A stretch of 30,097 nt of DNA, taken from the IMG/VR virus record IMGVR_UViG_2724679538_000002. The stretch is one strand, 5' to 3'. The DNA is from a virus (Duplodnaviria > Heunggongvirae > Uroviricota > Caudoviricetes). The notes below the pieces were generated by a model, which was given only the letters and a program-made list of their open reading frames with translations, had not been told where the DNA came from and made no database searches. A program made the translations under genes and the position numbers. This document shows, one piece after another, positions 1 through 7,658 of this stretch. Position 1 is the stretch's first letter. Every line of letters starts with the position of its first letter.

Positions 1-688
1 TTTGCGCTCCAGAAAAGAGTGACGCCCGCGAGTGTGCAGCTCCGGGCGCCGTGGCGTTTTGTGTCTGTGGAGAAACTAACGCATGAACAGTTTAACGGCA
101 AATAACCGTTTGTCGCAACAGCTGGTGGTCAGCGTGGCTGAACACCTGTTGTTACGGCATGAATGCAGATTACCAAATCACCGGGCTGTAAGTAACCACA
201 GAGAACTTTACCTGACTGTGGGGGGGGAGTTGTGCAGGAACTTAACCGCTGGTTTCGTGACGGAAGAGGGCTTTATGTCCATGTTATTCGCTGGGAGCCA
301 GAAACACATCGCGTTATCTATCTTCGCAAAGACTACCCACATGAGTGCTTTAGTCCTTTGTGGAAATTCAGGCGTGATTTTGTTGAGTGCGAAGAACCAC
401 CAGCACATTGATTCTGCCATTCCGGGACGTTACACTGTTCAGGCACCTTATAAAGCGGGTGCCGGGCGTGGAAACCCGGAATTCACCAAAGCGCACAACC
501 GCGCTCTTGCGGTTTTTTTGTGTCATGAGCAGCATTACGCCCAAATTATGGTGGGGCGTGCAGGGCCAACTTCGGTTGGGCCGGGTTCTTTGGTGACCGG
601 TATTTCCACCCCTGTACGTCTCACCACCAATAAGGTCGTGGAAAGCCTTGGTGGTGAGTTATTAAAAATCACCAAAGAGGCTGCCATC

Positions 689-1234
689 ATGGCTACGATC
701 CCAACCCTCACTCAACCTGAAATTGCCATCGTTGATGGTCAGGCTGTTACTTCATCCCTGGCTGTTGCCAACTTCTTCTCCAAACGTCATGACGATGTAC
801 TGAAAAAGATCCGCACGCTTGAATGCTCCGCATCATTTACTGCCCGCAATTTTTCGGTGAGTGATTACACCGATTGCACAGGCCGCAAACTACCTTGCTA
901 TCAAATAACCCGCGACGGCTTTGCGTTTCTTGCTATGGGTTTCACGGGTAAACGTGCTGCCCAGTTCAAAGAGGCATACATCAATGCCTTTAACCAGATG
1001 GAGAAACAGCTTTCAAAGCCATCTGTACCGAGCGACGTTGCACATAACGCCAGCGTTCTCTATTCCTACATTTCATCAATTCATCAGGTCTGGCTGCAGC
1101 AGCTTTATCCTATGTTGGCAAAAGCCGAATCTCCGCTGGCTGTTAGCTTGTATGACTATATTAATGATGCTTCGGCACTGGCCTGCCTCATAAATTTGTC
1201 GCTGAACCCTTCAGAGGTAAGGGGGCGCAAATGA
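689..1234 (+). CDS. Rha-family phage regulatory protein (antirepressor-like)
   Basis: Translation from the internal ATG 'MATIPTLTQPEIAIVDGQAVTSSLAVANFFSKRHDDVLKKI...' matches the N-terminal signature I recall for the Rha family. RBS 'aaagagg' lies about 8 nt upstream. The same frame is open back to an ATG at 83, so an N-terminal extension cannot be excluded. Confidence 0.7.
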   Translation: MATIPTLTQPEIAIVDGQAVTSSLAVANFFSKRHDDVLKKIRTLECSASFTARNFSVSDYTDCTGRKLPCYQITRDGFAFLAMGFTGKRAAQFKEAYINAFNQMEKQLSKPSVPSDVAHNASVLYSYISSIHQVWLQQLYPMLAKAESPLAVSLYDYINDASALACLINLSLNPSEVRGRK

Positions 1235-1455
1235 TCCGGAATATTTTCAAACTGTTTACCAATCAGACTTTCCGTTGTCCTCGTCCGGGTCAGTGGTACA
1301 CCACGCCTGCAGGGCATGTTCTACGTGTTAGCTTGGTGGACCGTGAATGTCAGAAGGTGATTTGTGAACCGCTGGGCCGTAATTACCGCGTCAGTATGCC
1401 GCTTATAGCCTTTCGCTCCGGAAAAAACATGAAGCATCTCGGAGGTGCAGCATGA
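1231..1455 (+). CDS. hypothetical small phage protein (74 aa)
   Basis: ORF is translationally coupled at both ends (ATGA overlaps with the Rha stop and with the start of the downstream replication gene). No recognisable domain. Confidence 0.45.
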   Translation: MIRNIFKLFTNQTFRCPRPGQWYTTPAGHVLRVSLVDRECQKVICEPLGRNYRVSMPLIAFRSGKNMKHLGGAA

Positions 1456-2270
1456 GTATGGAGCTAATGGTTAAAGCGATGAAAATTCGAGTGGGAAATC
1501 CATTGCGAAAACTGGTTCTGATTAAGCTGGCTGATAATGCCAGCGATCAGGGCGAGTGCTGGCCCAGCTATCAGCATATCGCTGATCAGTGCGAGATTAG
1601 CAAACGTTCTGTGATGAATCATATTGCGGCCCTCTGTGAGTCCGGGCTGGTAAAAAAAGTCACCAGGAAAGGTGAAAAAGGTAACTCAAGTAATATCTAT
1701 CTTCTTCATCTTGATGGTGCAGGAGATTCACTAGGGGGTAGTGCAAATAATTCACTATCTGGTGCAGCAAATTCACCAGGTAGTGCAGGAGTTGCACCAG
1801 GGGGTAGTGCAGGAGATTCACCCAGAACCAGTCACTCTTTTGAACCAGTCAATGAACCAGTCAATGAACCAATAGCTGTTGGTGCATCTGCTGATGAGTC
1901 TGTGCGAGTTCGTTCAAACCGACCGGAATACTCTCCGGAGTTTGGGCAGGCATGGCTGGCATATCCCAAACGTGCTGGTGGCAATTCAAAATCTGCAGCC
2001 TTCAAAGCCTGGAAAGCCCGTTTGAATGAGGGGGTAAAACCCGAAACCATGCTGGAAGGTGTGAAACGCTACGCGGGCTGGGTATCTGCGATGGGTAACA
2101 GCGGCACACAATTTGTGAAACAGGCTGTCACGTTCTTTGGTCCGGATCGTCATTTCGAAGAATCCTGGGAAGTTCCTGCGGTATCTGCAGCCAGACGCGA
2201 GGACCCGTACTTCAAAGCCAGTTACGACAACGTGGACTACAGCCAGATCCCGGCAGGATTCAGGGGGTAA
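1452..2270 (+). CDS. phage replication initiation protein: N-terminal HTH domain, low-complexity linker, DnaT-like C-terminal domain
   Basis: N-terminus 'LRKLVLIKLADNASDQGECWPSYQHIADQCEISKRSVMNHIAALCESGLV' is a typical replication-protein HTH. The Gly/Ser/Ala-rich linker is encoded by the iterons. The C-terminus ends '...DYSQIPAGFRG', which resembles the C-terminus of E. coli primosomal protein DnaT as I recall it. Confidence 0.65.
   Translation: MSMELMVKAMKIRVGNPLRKLVLIKLADNASDQGECWPSYQHIADQCEISKRSVMNHIAALCESGLVKKVTRKGEKGNSSNIYLLHLDGAGDSLGGSANNSLSGAANSPGSAGVAPGGSAGDSPRTSHSFEPVNEPVNEPIAVGASADESVRVRSNRPEYSPEFGQAWLAYPKRAGGNSKSAAFKAWKARLNEGVKPETMLEGVKRYAGWVSAMGNSGTQFVKQAVTFFGPDRHFEESWEVPAVSAARREDPYFKASYDNVDYSQIPAGFRG
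1716..1870. repeat. intragenic iteron array (candidate phage origin of replication)
   Basis: Five direct repeats of roughly 17-21 bp built on 'GGT(AGT)GCAGGAGATTCACC' (approx. 1716-1731, 1737-1755, 1761-1777, 1779-1798, 1803-1823), followed by two tandem copies of 'GAACCAGTCAAT' (1842-1865). They lie inside the replication gene, as lambda ori does inside O. Confidence 0.55.
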
Positions 2271-2272
2271 TC

Positions 2273-2761
2273 ATGAGTCTTTTGAATGAAGTTCAGAAAT
2301 TCATTGAAGCCCATCCGGGGTGTACTTCCGGAGACATTGCGGATGCTTTTGCAGGTTACTCACGGCAGCGCGTTCTGCAGTCAGCAAGCAAGTTACGTCA
2401 GAGTGGGCGTGTGGCTCACCGTTGTGAAGGGGATACACGCAGACATTTCCCGCGCCTGACTGAGAGAGCACAGGAGCCGGAACCACAACCAGTTCGTGAA
2501 ACCAGACCTGTGCGCAATTTCTATGTCGGCACTAACGATCCCCGTGTGATTTTGTGCCTGACCCGCCAGGCTGAAGAACTGGAGTCCAGGGGCTTATACC
2601 GTCGTGCTGCAACGGTGTGGATGGAGGCATTCCGTGAAAGCCACTCCCAGTCAGAACGAAACAATTTTCTGGCGCGCCGCGAGCGGTGTGTACGCAAAAG
2701 TAAAAGGTGCGTGGCATCGGGTGAAGAGTGGTATCTGCCAGGCAATTACGTGGGGGCTTAA
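2273..2761 (+). CDS. putative transcriptional regulator, PerC-like C-terminal region (tentative)
   Basis: 162-aa ORF starting 4 nt after the upstream stop. The C-terminal segment '...GLYRRAATVWMEAFRESHSQSERNNFLARRERC' resembles my recollection of PerC/Pch-type activators. Not verified. Confidence 0.4.
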   Translation: MSLLNEVQKFIEAHPGCTSGDIADAFAGYSRQRVLQSASKLRQSGRVAHRCEGDTRRHFPRLTERAQEPEPQPVRETRPVRNFYVGTNDPRVILCLTRQAEELESRGLYRRAATVWMEAFRESHSQSERNNFLARRERCVRKSKRCVASGEEWYLPGNYVGA

Positions 2762-3087
2762 TGACGACGTTAACTCAATGCCAGCAGCAGGTGCTGGATA
2801 TGCTGATTTCTTACCAGAAAGAACGTGGCTTCCCGCCAACCAATCAGGAGGTGGCAACCATGCTGGGATACCGTTCGGTGAATGCAGCGGTGGAGCATCT
2901 TCGCGCACTGGAGAAAAAAGGCGTCATCACGATAAAGCGTGGCGTGGCCCGGGGGATAACGCTTCATACCGCAGTGAAGGACGACGACAGCGAGACGGTC
3001 GGGATTATCCGCGCACTGCTTGCCGGTGAGGAAAACGCCAGGCTGCGTGCAACTCACTGGTTACATGAGAGGGGCCTGAAAGCATGA
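2761..3087 (+). CDS. LexA N-terminal DNA-binding-domain protein lacking the S24 peptidase domain
   Basis: 'MTTLTQCQQQVLDMLISYQKERGFPPTNQEVATMLGYRSVNAAVEHLRALEKKGVITIKRGVARGITL' aligns by eye with the E. coli LexA N-terminus ('[58 protein letters not shown]...'). The protein is only about 108 aa, so it has no room for the cleavage site or protease domain. Start overlaps the upstream stop (TAATG). Confidence 0.75.
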   Translation: MTTLTQCQQQVLDMLISYQKERGFPPTNQEVATMLGYRSVNAAVEHLRALEKKGVITIKRGVARGITLHTAVKDDDSETVGIIRALLAGEENARLRATHWLHERGLKA

Positions 3088-3473
3088 AGCTTATCCTGCC
3101 TTTTCCGCCCAGCGTGAACACGTACTGGCGACACCCTAACAAAGGGGCGTTTGCAGGTAAGAGCCTGATAAGCGCGGCGGGGCGAAAATTCCAGAGCGCG
3201 GCGTGCGCAGCAATAGTTGAGCAGTTACGTCGTCTGCCGAAACCAACGTCGGCACCTGCTTCAGTGGAGATCGTGTTGTTTCCTCCTGATAACCGGATCC
3301 GCGATCTGGACAACTATAACAAGGCGCTGTTTGACGCCCTGACCCACGCGGGTGTGTGGGAAGACGACAGCCAGGTAAAAAGAATGTTGGTGGAGTGGGG
3401 ACCGGTTATCCCGGAAGGGAAGGTCGAGATCACTATCAGTAAGTACGAGAAAACGGCGGGTGCAGCCGCCTGA
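3084..3473 (+). CDS. rusA: RusA-family Holliday junction resolvase
   Basis: 'MKLILPFPPSVNTYWRH...' with the conserved acidic region 'DLDNYNKALFDALTHAGVWEDDSQV'. Typical size (129 aa) and typical position in a lambdoid nin-like region. Confidence 0.9.
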   Translation: MKLILPFPPSVNTYWRHPNKGAFAGKSLISAAGRKFQSAACAAIVEQLRRLPKPTSAPASVEIVLFPPDNRIRDLDNYNKALFDALTHAGVWEDDSQVKRMLVEWGPVIPEGKVEITISKYEKTAGAAA

Positions 3474-3492
3474 TTAAGAGGAGAAACGAAGT

Positions 3493-4302
3493 ATGAATAA
3501 TCTGATGGTCATTGATGGTATTGAAGTTCGTCGTGATGCTTATGGACGTTACAGCCTGAACGATCTGCATCGTGCCGCAGTAGCATCTGGTGCAAATGCC
3601 AGAACGAAGGAGCCGGGAAAGTTTCTTTCCAGCCAACAGGCTGTTGAACTTGTTCAGGAATTGACCGATACCCAAAATTTGGGTATCGGTCCGGTTAATA
3701 CAGTTCGTGGTGGTCCTAAGCAGGGGAGTTATGTCTGCAAGGAACTGGTGTATGCCTATGCAATGTGGATCAGTCCGTCATTCCATCTGAAGGTGATCCG
3801 TATTTTCGATATGGTAGTCAGTGCACCGGAAAAATTATCCGGGCAGGCTGCTGACAAGATGCAGGCAGGTGTGATTCTGCTGGACTTTATGCGTCGGGAG
3901 TTAAACCTGTCTAACTCATCTGTGCTTGGGGCCTGTCAGAAACTCCAGGAGGCTGTTGGCTTACCGAATCTGGCACCGCGCTATGCCATTGATGCTCCGG
4001 CTGATGCGCCCGATGGTTCAAGCCGCGCCACGCTGTCACTGAGTGCACTGCTGAAGCTGTATGGTATCCGCCTGACGGCTAATCAGGCATATCACCAGAT
4101 GGCGAAGCTGGGGATCGTTGAACAACGCGAACGATACAGTCGTACCGCGATTAACAACATTAAAAAATTCTGGTCGCTGACGGCGAAAGGCTGCATGTTC
4201 GGCAAGAACATCACCAGTCCTGCAAATCCGCGCGAGACGCAGCCGCATTTCTTCGAATCCCGATTCCCTGAGCTGTTAAAGCTGCTCGATACCGTTCATT
4301 GA
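3493..4302 (+). CDS. KilA-N domain protein
   Basis: N-terminus 'MNNLMVIDGIEVRRDAYGRYSLNDLHRAA...KFLSSQQAVELV...VYAYAMWISPSFHLKVIRIF' has the characteristic KilA-N pattern. Good RBS ('aagaggag') upstream. Confidence 0.85.
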   Translation: MNNLMVIDGIEVRRDAYGRYSLNDLHRAAVASGANARTKEPGKFLSSQQAVELVQELTDTQNLGIGPVNTVRGGPKQGSYVCKELVYAYAMWISPSFHLKVIRIFDMVVSAPEKLSGQAADKMQAGVILLDFMRRELNLSNSSVLGACQKLQEAVGLPNLAPRYAIDAPADAPDGSSRATLSLSALLKLYGIRLTANQAYHQMAKLGIVEQRERYSRTAINNIKKFWSLTAKGCMFGKNITSPANPRETQPHFFESRFPELLKLLDTVH

Positions 4303-4303
4303 G

Positions 4304-5299
4304 GTGACCGTGAGAGCACTACTGACCCCTGAAATTGCCCCGCGTATGGGGATCGTATTGTTCAGACCAGGTTCAGAGCTGATGCCCCTGTTTATGCAGG
4401 GGCGTGTCCTGCTGGAGCCTGAGCCGGAACGTTATTCATCTTTTGCCAGTGGTGCCGTTCCGGCGGCATCACAACCGCTGGCGGATGATCCTGCCGTTCG
4501 GGGCGTGTTCCGCAATGAGGCAGTGATCCGTCGTGCTGGTGGCGTGGAATGTCTTGAAAGCTGGTTACTTCGTGAAAAGGGCTGTCAGTGGCCTCATTCC
4601 GACTGGCACAGCGAGAACATGACCACAATGCGCCACGCGCCTGGCGCAATCCGTCTGTGCTGGCACTGCGATAACCAGTTGCGTGACCAGTTCACGGAAC
4701 GGCTGGAATCAATGGCAACGGATAACTGTGCCCGCTGGGTGTTATCTGTTGTGCGCCGTGATCTCGGTTTTGATGACAGTCACGTTGTGACAATGCCGGA
4801 ACTGTGCTGGTGGCTGGTTCGTAATGACCTGGCGGATGCCTTACCGGAAAGTGCAGCCCGTAAGGCACTGAGATTACCGAAGCCTGTTGTGCCGTCTGTC
4901 ACCCGGGAAAGTGACATTGTGCCTTCGGTTCCGGCCACCAGCATCATCCAGGATAAAGCGAAAAAGGTGCTGGCGCTGAAAGTGGATCCGGAGTCGCCGG
5001 AGTCTTTTATGTTACGCCCAAAACGTCGCCGCTGGGTTAACGAAAAGTACACGTGCTGGGTTAAGACGCAGCCGTGTGCATGTTGTGGAAAGCCAGCCGA
5101 TGATCCCCACCACCTGATAGGCCACGGCCAAGGTGGAATGGGTACAAAAGCGCATGACCTCTTTGTATTGCCTTTGTGCAGAAAGCATCACGACGAGCTG
5201 CATGCGGATACCGTGGCATTTGAAGAGAAATATGGCTCCCAGCTGGAGCTGATATTTCGTTTTATCGATCGTGCGCTGGCAATTGGCGTGCTGGCCTGA
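4304..5299 (+). CDS. DUF968-like prophage protein with C-terminal Cys/His (HNH-like) cluster
   Basis: GTG start 1 nt after the KilA-N stop. The C-terminal 'CWVKTQPCACCGKPADDPHHLIGHG...LPLCRKHHDELH' is a zinc-binding/HNH-like motif. Sits immediately upstream of Q, as ydfU-like genes do in E. coli cryptic prophages (from memory). Confidence 0.5.
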   Translation: MTVRALLTPEIAPRMGIVLFRPGSELMPLFMQGRVLLEPEPERYSSFASGAVPAASQPLADDPAVRGVFRNEAVIRRAGGVECLESWLLREKGCQWPHSDWHSENMTTMRHAPGAIRLCWHCDNQLRDQFTERLESMATDNCARWVLSVVRRDLGFDDSHVVTMPELCWWLVRNDLADALPESAARKALRLPKPVVPSVTRESDIVPSVPATSIIQDKAKKVLALKVDPESPESFMLRPKRRRWVNEKYTCWVKTQPCACCGKPADDPHHLIGHGQGGMGTKAHDLFVLPLCRKHHDELHADTVAFEEKYGSQLELIFRFIDRALAIGVLA

Positions 5300-5316
5300 T
5301 TTTGTGGAGAAAGTTG

Positions 5317-5682
5317 ATGCGTGATATTCAGATGATTCTTGAACGTTGGGGAGCATGGGCTGCGAGTGATAACTCTGGTGTTGATTATTCACCTATAGCT
5401 GCTGGGTTTAAGGGGCTTCTTCCCTATACCAGCAAGACACGTCTGGCTTGTTCGGATAGTGATGCATTAATTATTGAAGGTTGTCTTGCTCGTCTAAAGC
5501 AAAAAAGACCTTATGAGCATTCGCTTCTTGTGGCACATTATTTATACAGAATATCCAAGCGTAAGATTGCAAAGGCGCGTGGAAAGGATGAGAAATTGAT
5601 ACGTATAGAAATACAGTTAGCCGAAGGATTTATTGATGGCTGCCTTTCCATGCTAGATCTAACATTAGATTTGGACGTTTAA
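5317..5682 (+). CDS. late-gene antitermination protein Q (short Q / QuuD-like family)
   Basis: 'MRDIQMILERWGAWAASDNSGVDYSPIAAGFKGLLP...CSDSDALIIEGCLARLKQ...' matches the short (about 125 aa) Q antiterminator family. RBS 'ggagaaag' precedes the ATG at 5317. Confidence 0.85.
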   Translation: MRDIQMILERWGAWAASDNSGVDYSPIAAGFKGLLPYTSKTRLACSDSDALIIEGCLARLKQKRPYEHSLLVAHYLYRISKRKIAKARGKDEKLIRIEIQLAEGFIDGCLSMLDLTLDLDV

Positions 5683-5683
5683 T

Positions 5684-5715
5684 AATACGCCCCATGCAGG
5701 GGCGTATTATTTACT
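5684..5715. terminator. bidirectional intrinsic terminator between convergent Q and KAP genes
   Basis: Perfect 10-bp stem 'aatacgcccc'/'ggggcgtatt' with a 5-nt loop, 1 nt after the Q stop and directly abutting the KAP gene stop, followed by a T-rich tract. Confidence 0.65.
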
Positions 5716-7042
5716 GGATGAATGACATTTGATTAATATATTTTATCAATAACTCTCTGGGTGTAGTACTCCAAAAATTTAGGTGTTCATAATCAGTATA
5801 AACATTTGTGAATTTTTTAAGTTCTTCATCACTTTTAGGGGCAAATCGCTCATTAAGAGTAATACTGTCTTTAATTATTCCGAAGAATACAATAGATATT
5901 TCAGGAATTTGTGATCTTCTCTCATAAGAATAAGGTATTTCTTTTATGTTAAGCAGGTCTGCTAAATGAGATATAGATTCAGCGGTAATTTCTTGTTTTA
6001 GTTTTTCCTTGTCACCAAAGCAATGTATGAAGACAGCTACGACAAAGATCCTATTTATTAAAGGATCACTGCTTTTGTACTCATCGTCGTTTAACAGTTG
6101 AAAAATGTTAAGATTACGTGAAAAAGTTTGTGTTTCACGTAAGGATAAGTTGGTTCGTTGAATTAAATCACGGATAAATCTACCAGATAAACTATTAATT
6201 TCATTTAGTGATTTCGTCTTGTCTACAAGGTAATTCCAATATATAACAGATGTTTTACATACGACGTGACCATCTATTAAACATGTATCTGGAAGCGTGA
6301 TGGTATATTTTATAAACTTGTCAAGATACTTTTGTGAGTTAATACTATAACCATAAATATGATTTATCGATGCTTTTAATTGTTCTGTGTTTGTAACTAA
6401 AATAAAAAAAACATTATTGATGTCAAAAATGTGTTTTATTGTTTCAATGACATTTGTTGAAAAACTCGGCTTACATCGGTCTAATTCATCAATTATAATT
6501 ACTATCTTTTGATTTTCTGAAATGCTTTCGATGCAAGATTTAAGTGAATTTATGTTTTTCTCTGATTCCATATGGTCTTCAAGCAAATTTTCAATAGTCC
6601 CATCTATTGCTGCATTGCTTGCTTTCTTCATCGCATCTTGGAATTCTTCGGCAACTTCACTAGCCTCCTGTCGTAAAAACCAACCTGCACCAGCTTTTAG
6701 TACCGTTTTTAAACCAAATCGAATTGCAGGAAGAGATCTCTTAATGAAGTGTTGTTTTTCTTCCTCAGGCAAAATGCTGGCAATTGCAGAGGTTATGAGA
6801 AGTAATGGAGATTCTGCATGATCCCCTTTAAAGGCATCAATATAAACAACTTTAGATTCGGTTTCTTGCTCAATAATGAGATTTTTCAGTTTGATACTAA
6901 ATTCTGTTTTCCCTGTTCCCCATGCGCCGTCTATTACCAGTGGTGAAATGTCTGCCTCTGGTTTTAGCAACTTGATGATATTTTCAGCGATGTTTCTTCG
7001 TTGGAACTCGTCACGTTCAGTGAAAGATAGTGTATCTAACAT
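5711..7042 (-). CDS. KAP-family P-loop NTPase
   Basis: Walker A in the KAP-typical form 'IDGAWGTGKTEF' and Walker B 'IVIIIDELDRC'. 443 aa with no alternative frame. Visibly AT-rich relative to flanking phage genes. Convergent with Q. Confidence 0.85.
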   Translation of the reverse strand: MLDTLSFTERDEFQRRNIAENIIKLLKPEADISPLVIDGAWGTGKTEFSIKLKNLIIEQETESKVVYIDAFKGDHAESPLLLITSAIASILPEEEKQHFIKRSLPAIRFGLKTVLKAGAGWFLRQEASEVAEEFQDAMKKASNAAIDGTIENLLEDHMESEKNINSLKSCIESISENQKIVIIIDELDRCKPSFSTNVIETIKHIFDINNVFFILVTNTEQLKASINHIYGYSINSQKYLDKFIKYTITLPDTCLIDGHVVCKTSVIYWNYLVDKTKSLNEINSLSGRFIRDLIQRTNLSLRETQTFSRNLNIFQLLNDDEYKSSDPLINRIFVVAVFIHCFGDKEKLKQEITAESISHLADLLNIKEIPYSYERRSQIPEISIVFFGIIKDSITLNERFAPKSDEELKKFTNVYTDYEHLNFWSTTPRELLIKYINQMSFIQ

Positions 7043-7165
7043 AATATAAACCTGTTAACTCCTACAGTAAAAAACGAATAATACGACTTTGGGATTAAAA
7101 ATCATTAACGCGGTCCGCAAAAATTCTTGTAATCTGTTAAGAGTGGTTACTTCGCCACACAGCTT

Positions 7166-7191
7166 AAACCCGCTGTCGAGCGGGTTTTTTT
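7166..7191 (+). terminator. intrinsic terminator with no upstream + strand gene (possible tR'-like terminator of a short late leader RNA)
   Basis: Stem 'aaacccgc'/'gcgggttt' with loop 'tgtcga', followed by 7 T residues. It sits in the KAP-to-next-gene intergenic region. Confidence 0.5.
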
Positions 7192-7314
7192 GTACCTGTA
7201 AACCTGGTGCAGTACGGTAAACACGCTGGTGGTAGTGAATACTGATTTTTTATCTTGCTGGCTTTTTAGACAAGAGTTATTGGTATGTCATGTTAACCAT
7301 GAAGGTAAAAAGAC

Positions 7315-7509
7315 ATGCTAAAACAGCAAGATATGACAGAAACGGCGAAAGTTGTTTTTAATGAATTAAGCATCGAACCGGCAACAGTCGGGGAGATTGC
7401 ACAAAACACATACCTTTCACGCGAACGCTGTCAGTTAATACTGACCCAGTTGGTTATGGCGGGGCTGGCAGATTACCAGTTCGGCTGTTACAGACGCCTT
7501 CAGCAATGA
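7315..7509 (+). CDS. small winged-helix-like DNA-binding protein (possibly PapI/FaeA-like)
   Basis: 64-aa ORF with RBS 'aagg'. The pattern 'VVFNELSIEPATVGEIAQNTYLSRERCQLILTQLVMAGLA' is compatible with a small wHTH regulator. Family assignment is a guess. Confidence 0.4.
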   Translation: MLKQQDMTETAKVVFNELSIEPATVGEIAQNTYLSRERCQLILTQLVMAGLADYQFGCYRRLQQ

Positions 7510-7658
7510 AGGGCTTTTAATTTGTGAAAATGGGCGGCTGGTGGGTGTTGGTAGCACCTGCCAGCCATTCGCTCATGCTTACTGGTCACAAGCGAACCAC
7601 GGCCCACTGCTTTAGCGCAAAAGCAGAGTGAGCCTACCAGAGTTACGCTTACTGATCC

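Noticed and set aside
2604-3057. ORFs 2604-3029 (+), 2651-2908 (-) and 2770-3057 (-) overlapping the PerC-like and LexA-like genes
   Set aside because: The LexA-like frame has a strong identifiable domain and translational coupling; the competing frames have no motifs and no RBS.
7510-7658. Possible tRNA gene in the Q-to-lysis accessory region (tRNAs occur at this position in Stx-type phages)
   Set aside because: Scanned by eye for a T-loop (GTTCGAATCC-like) and an acceptor-stem/CCA arrangement; none found.
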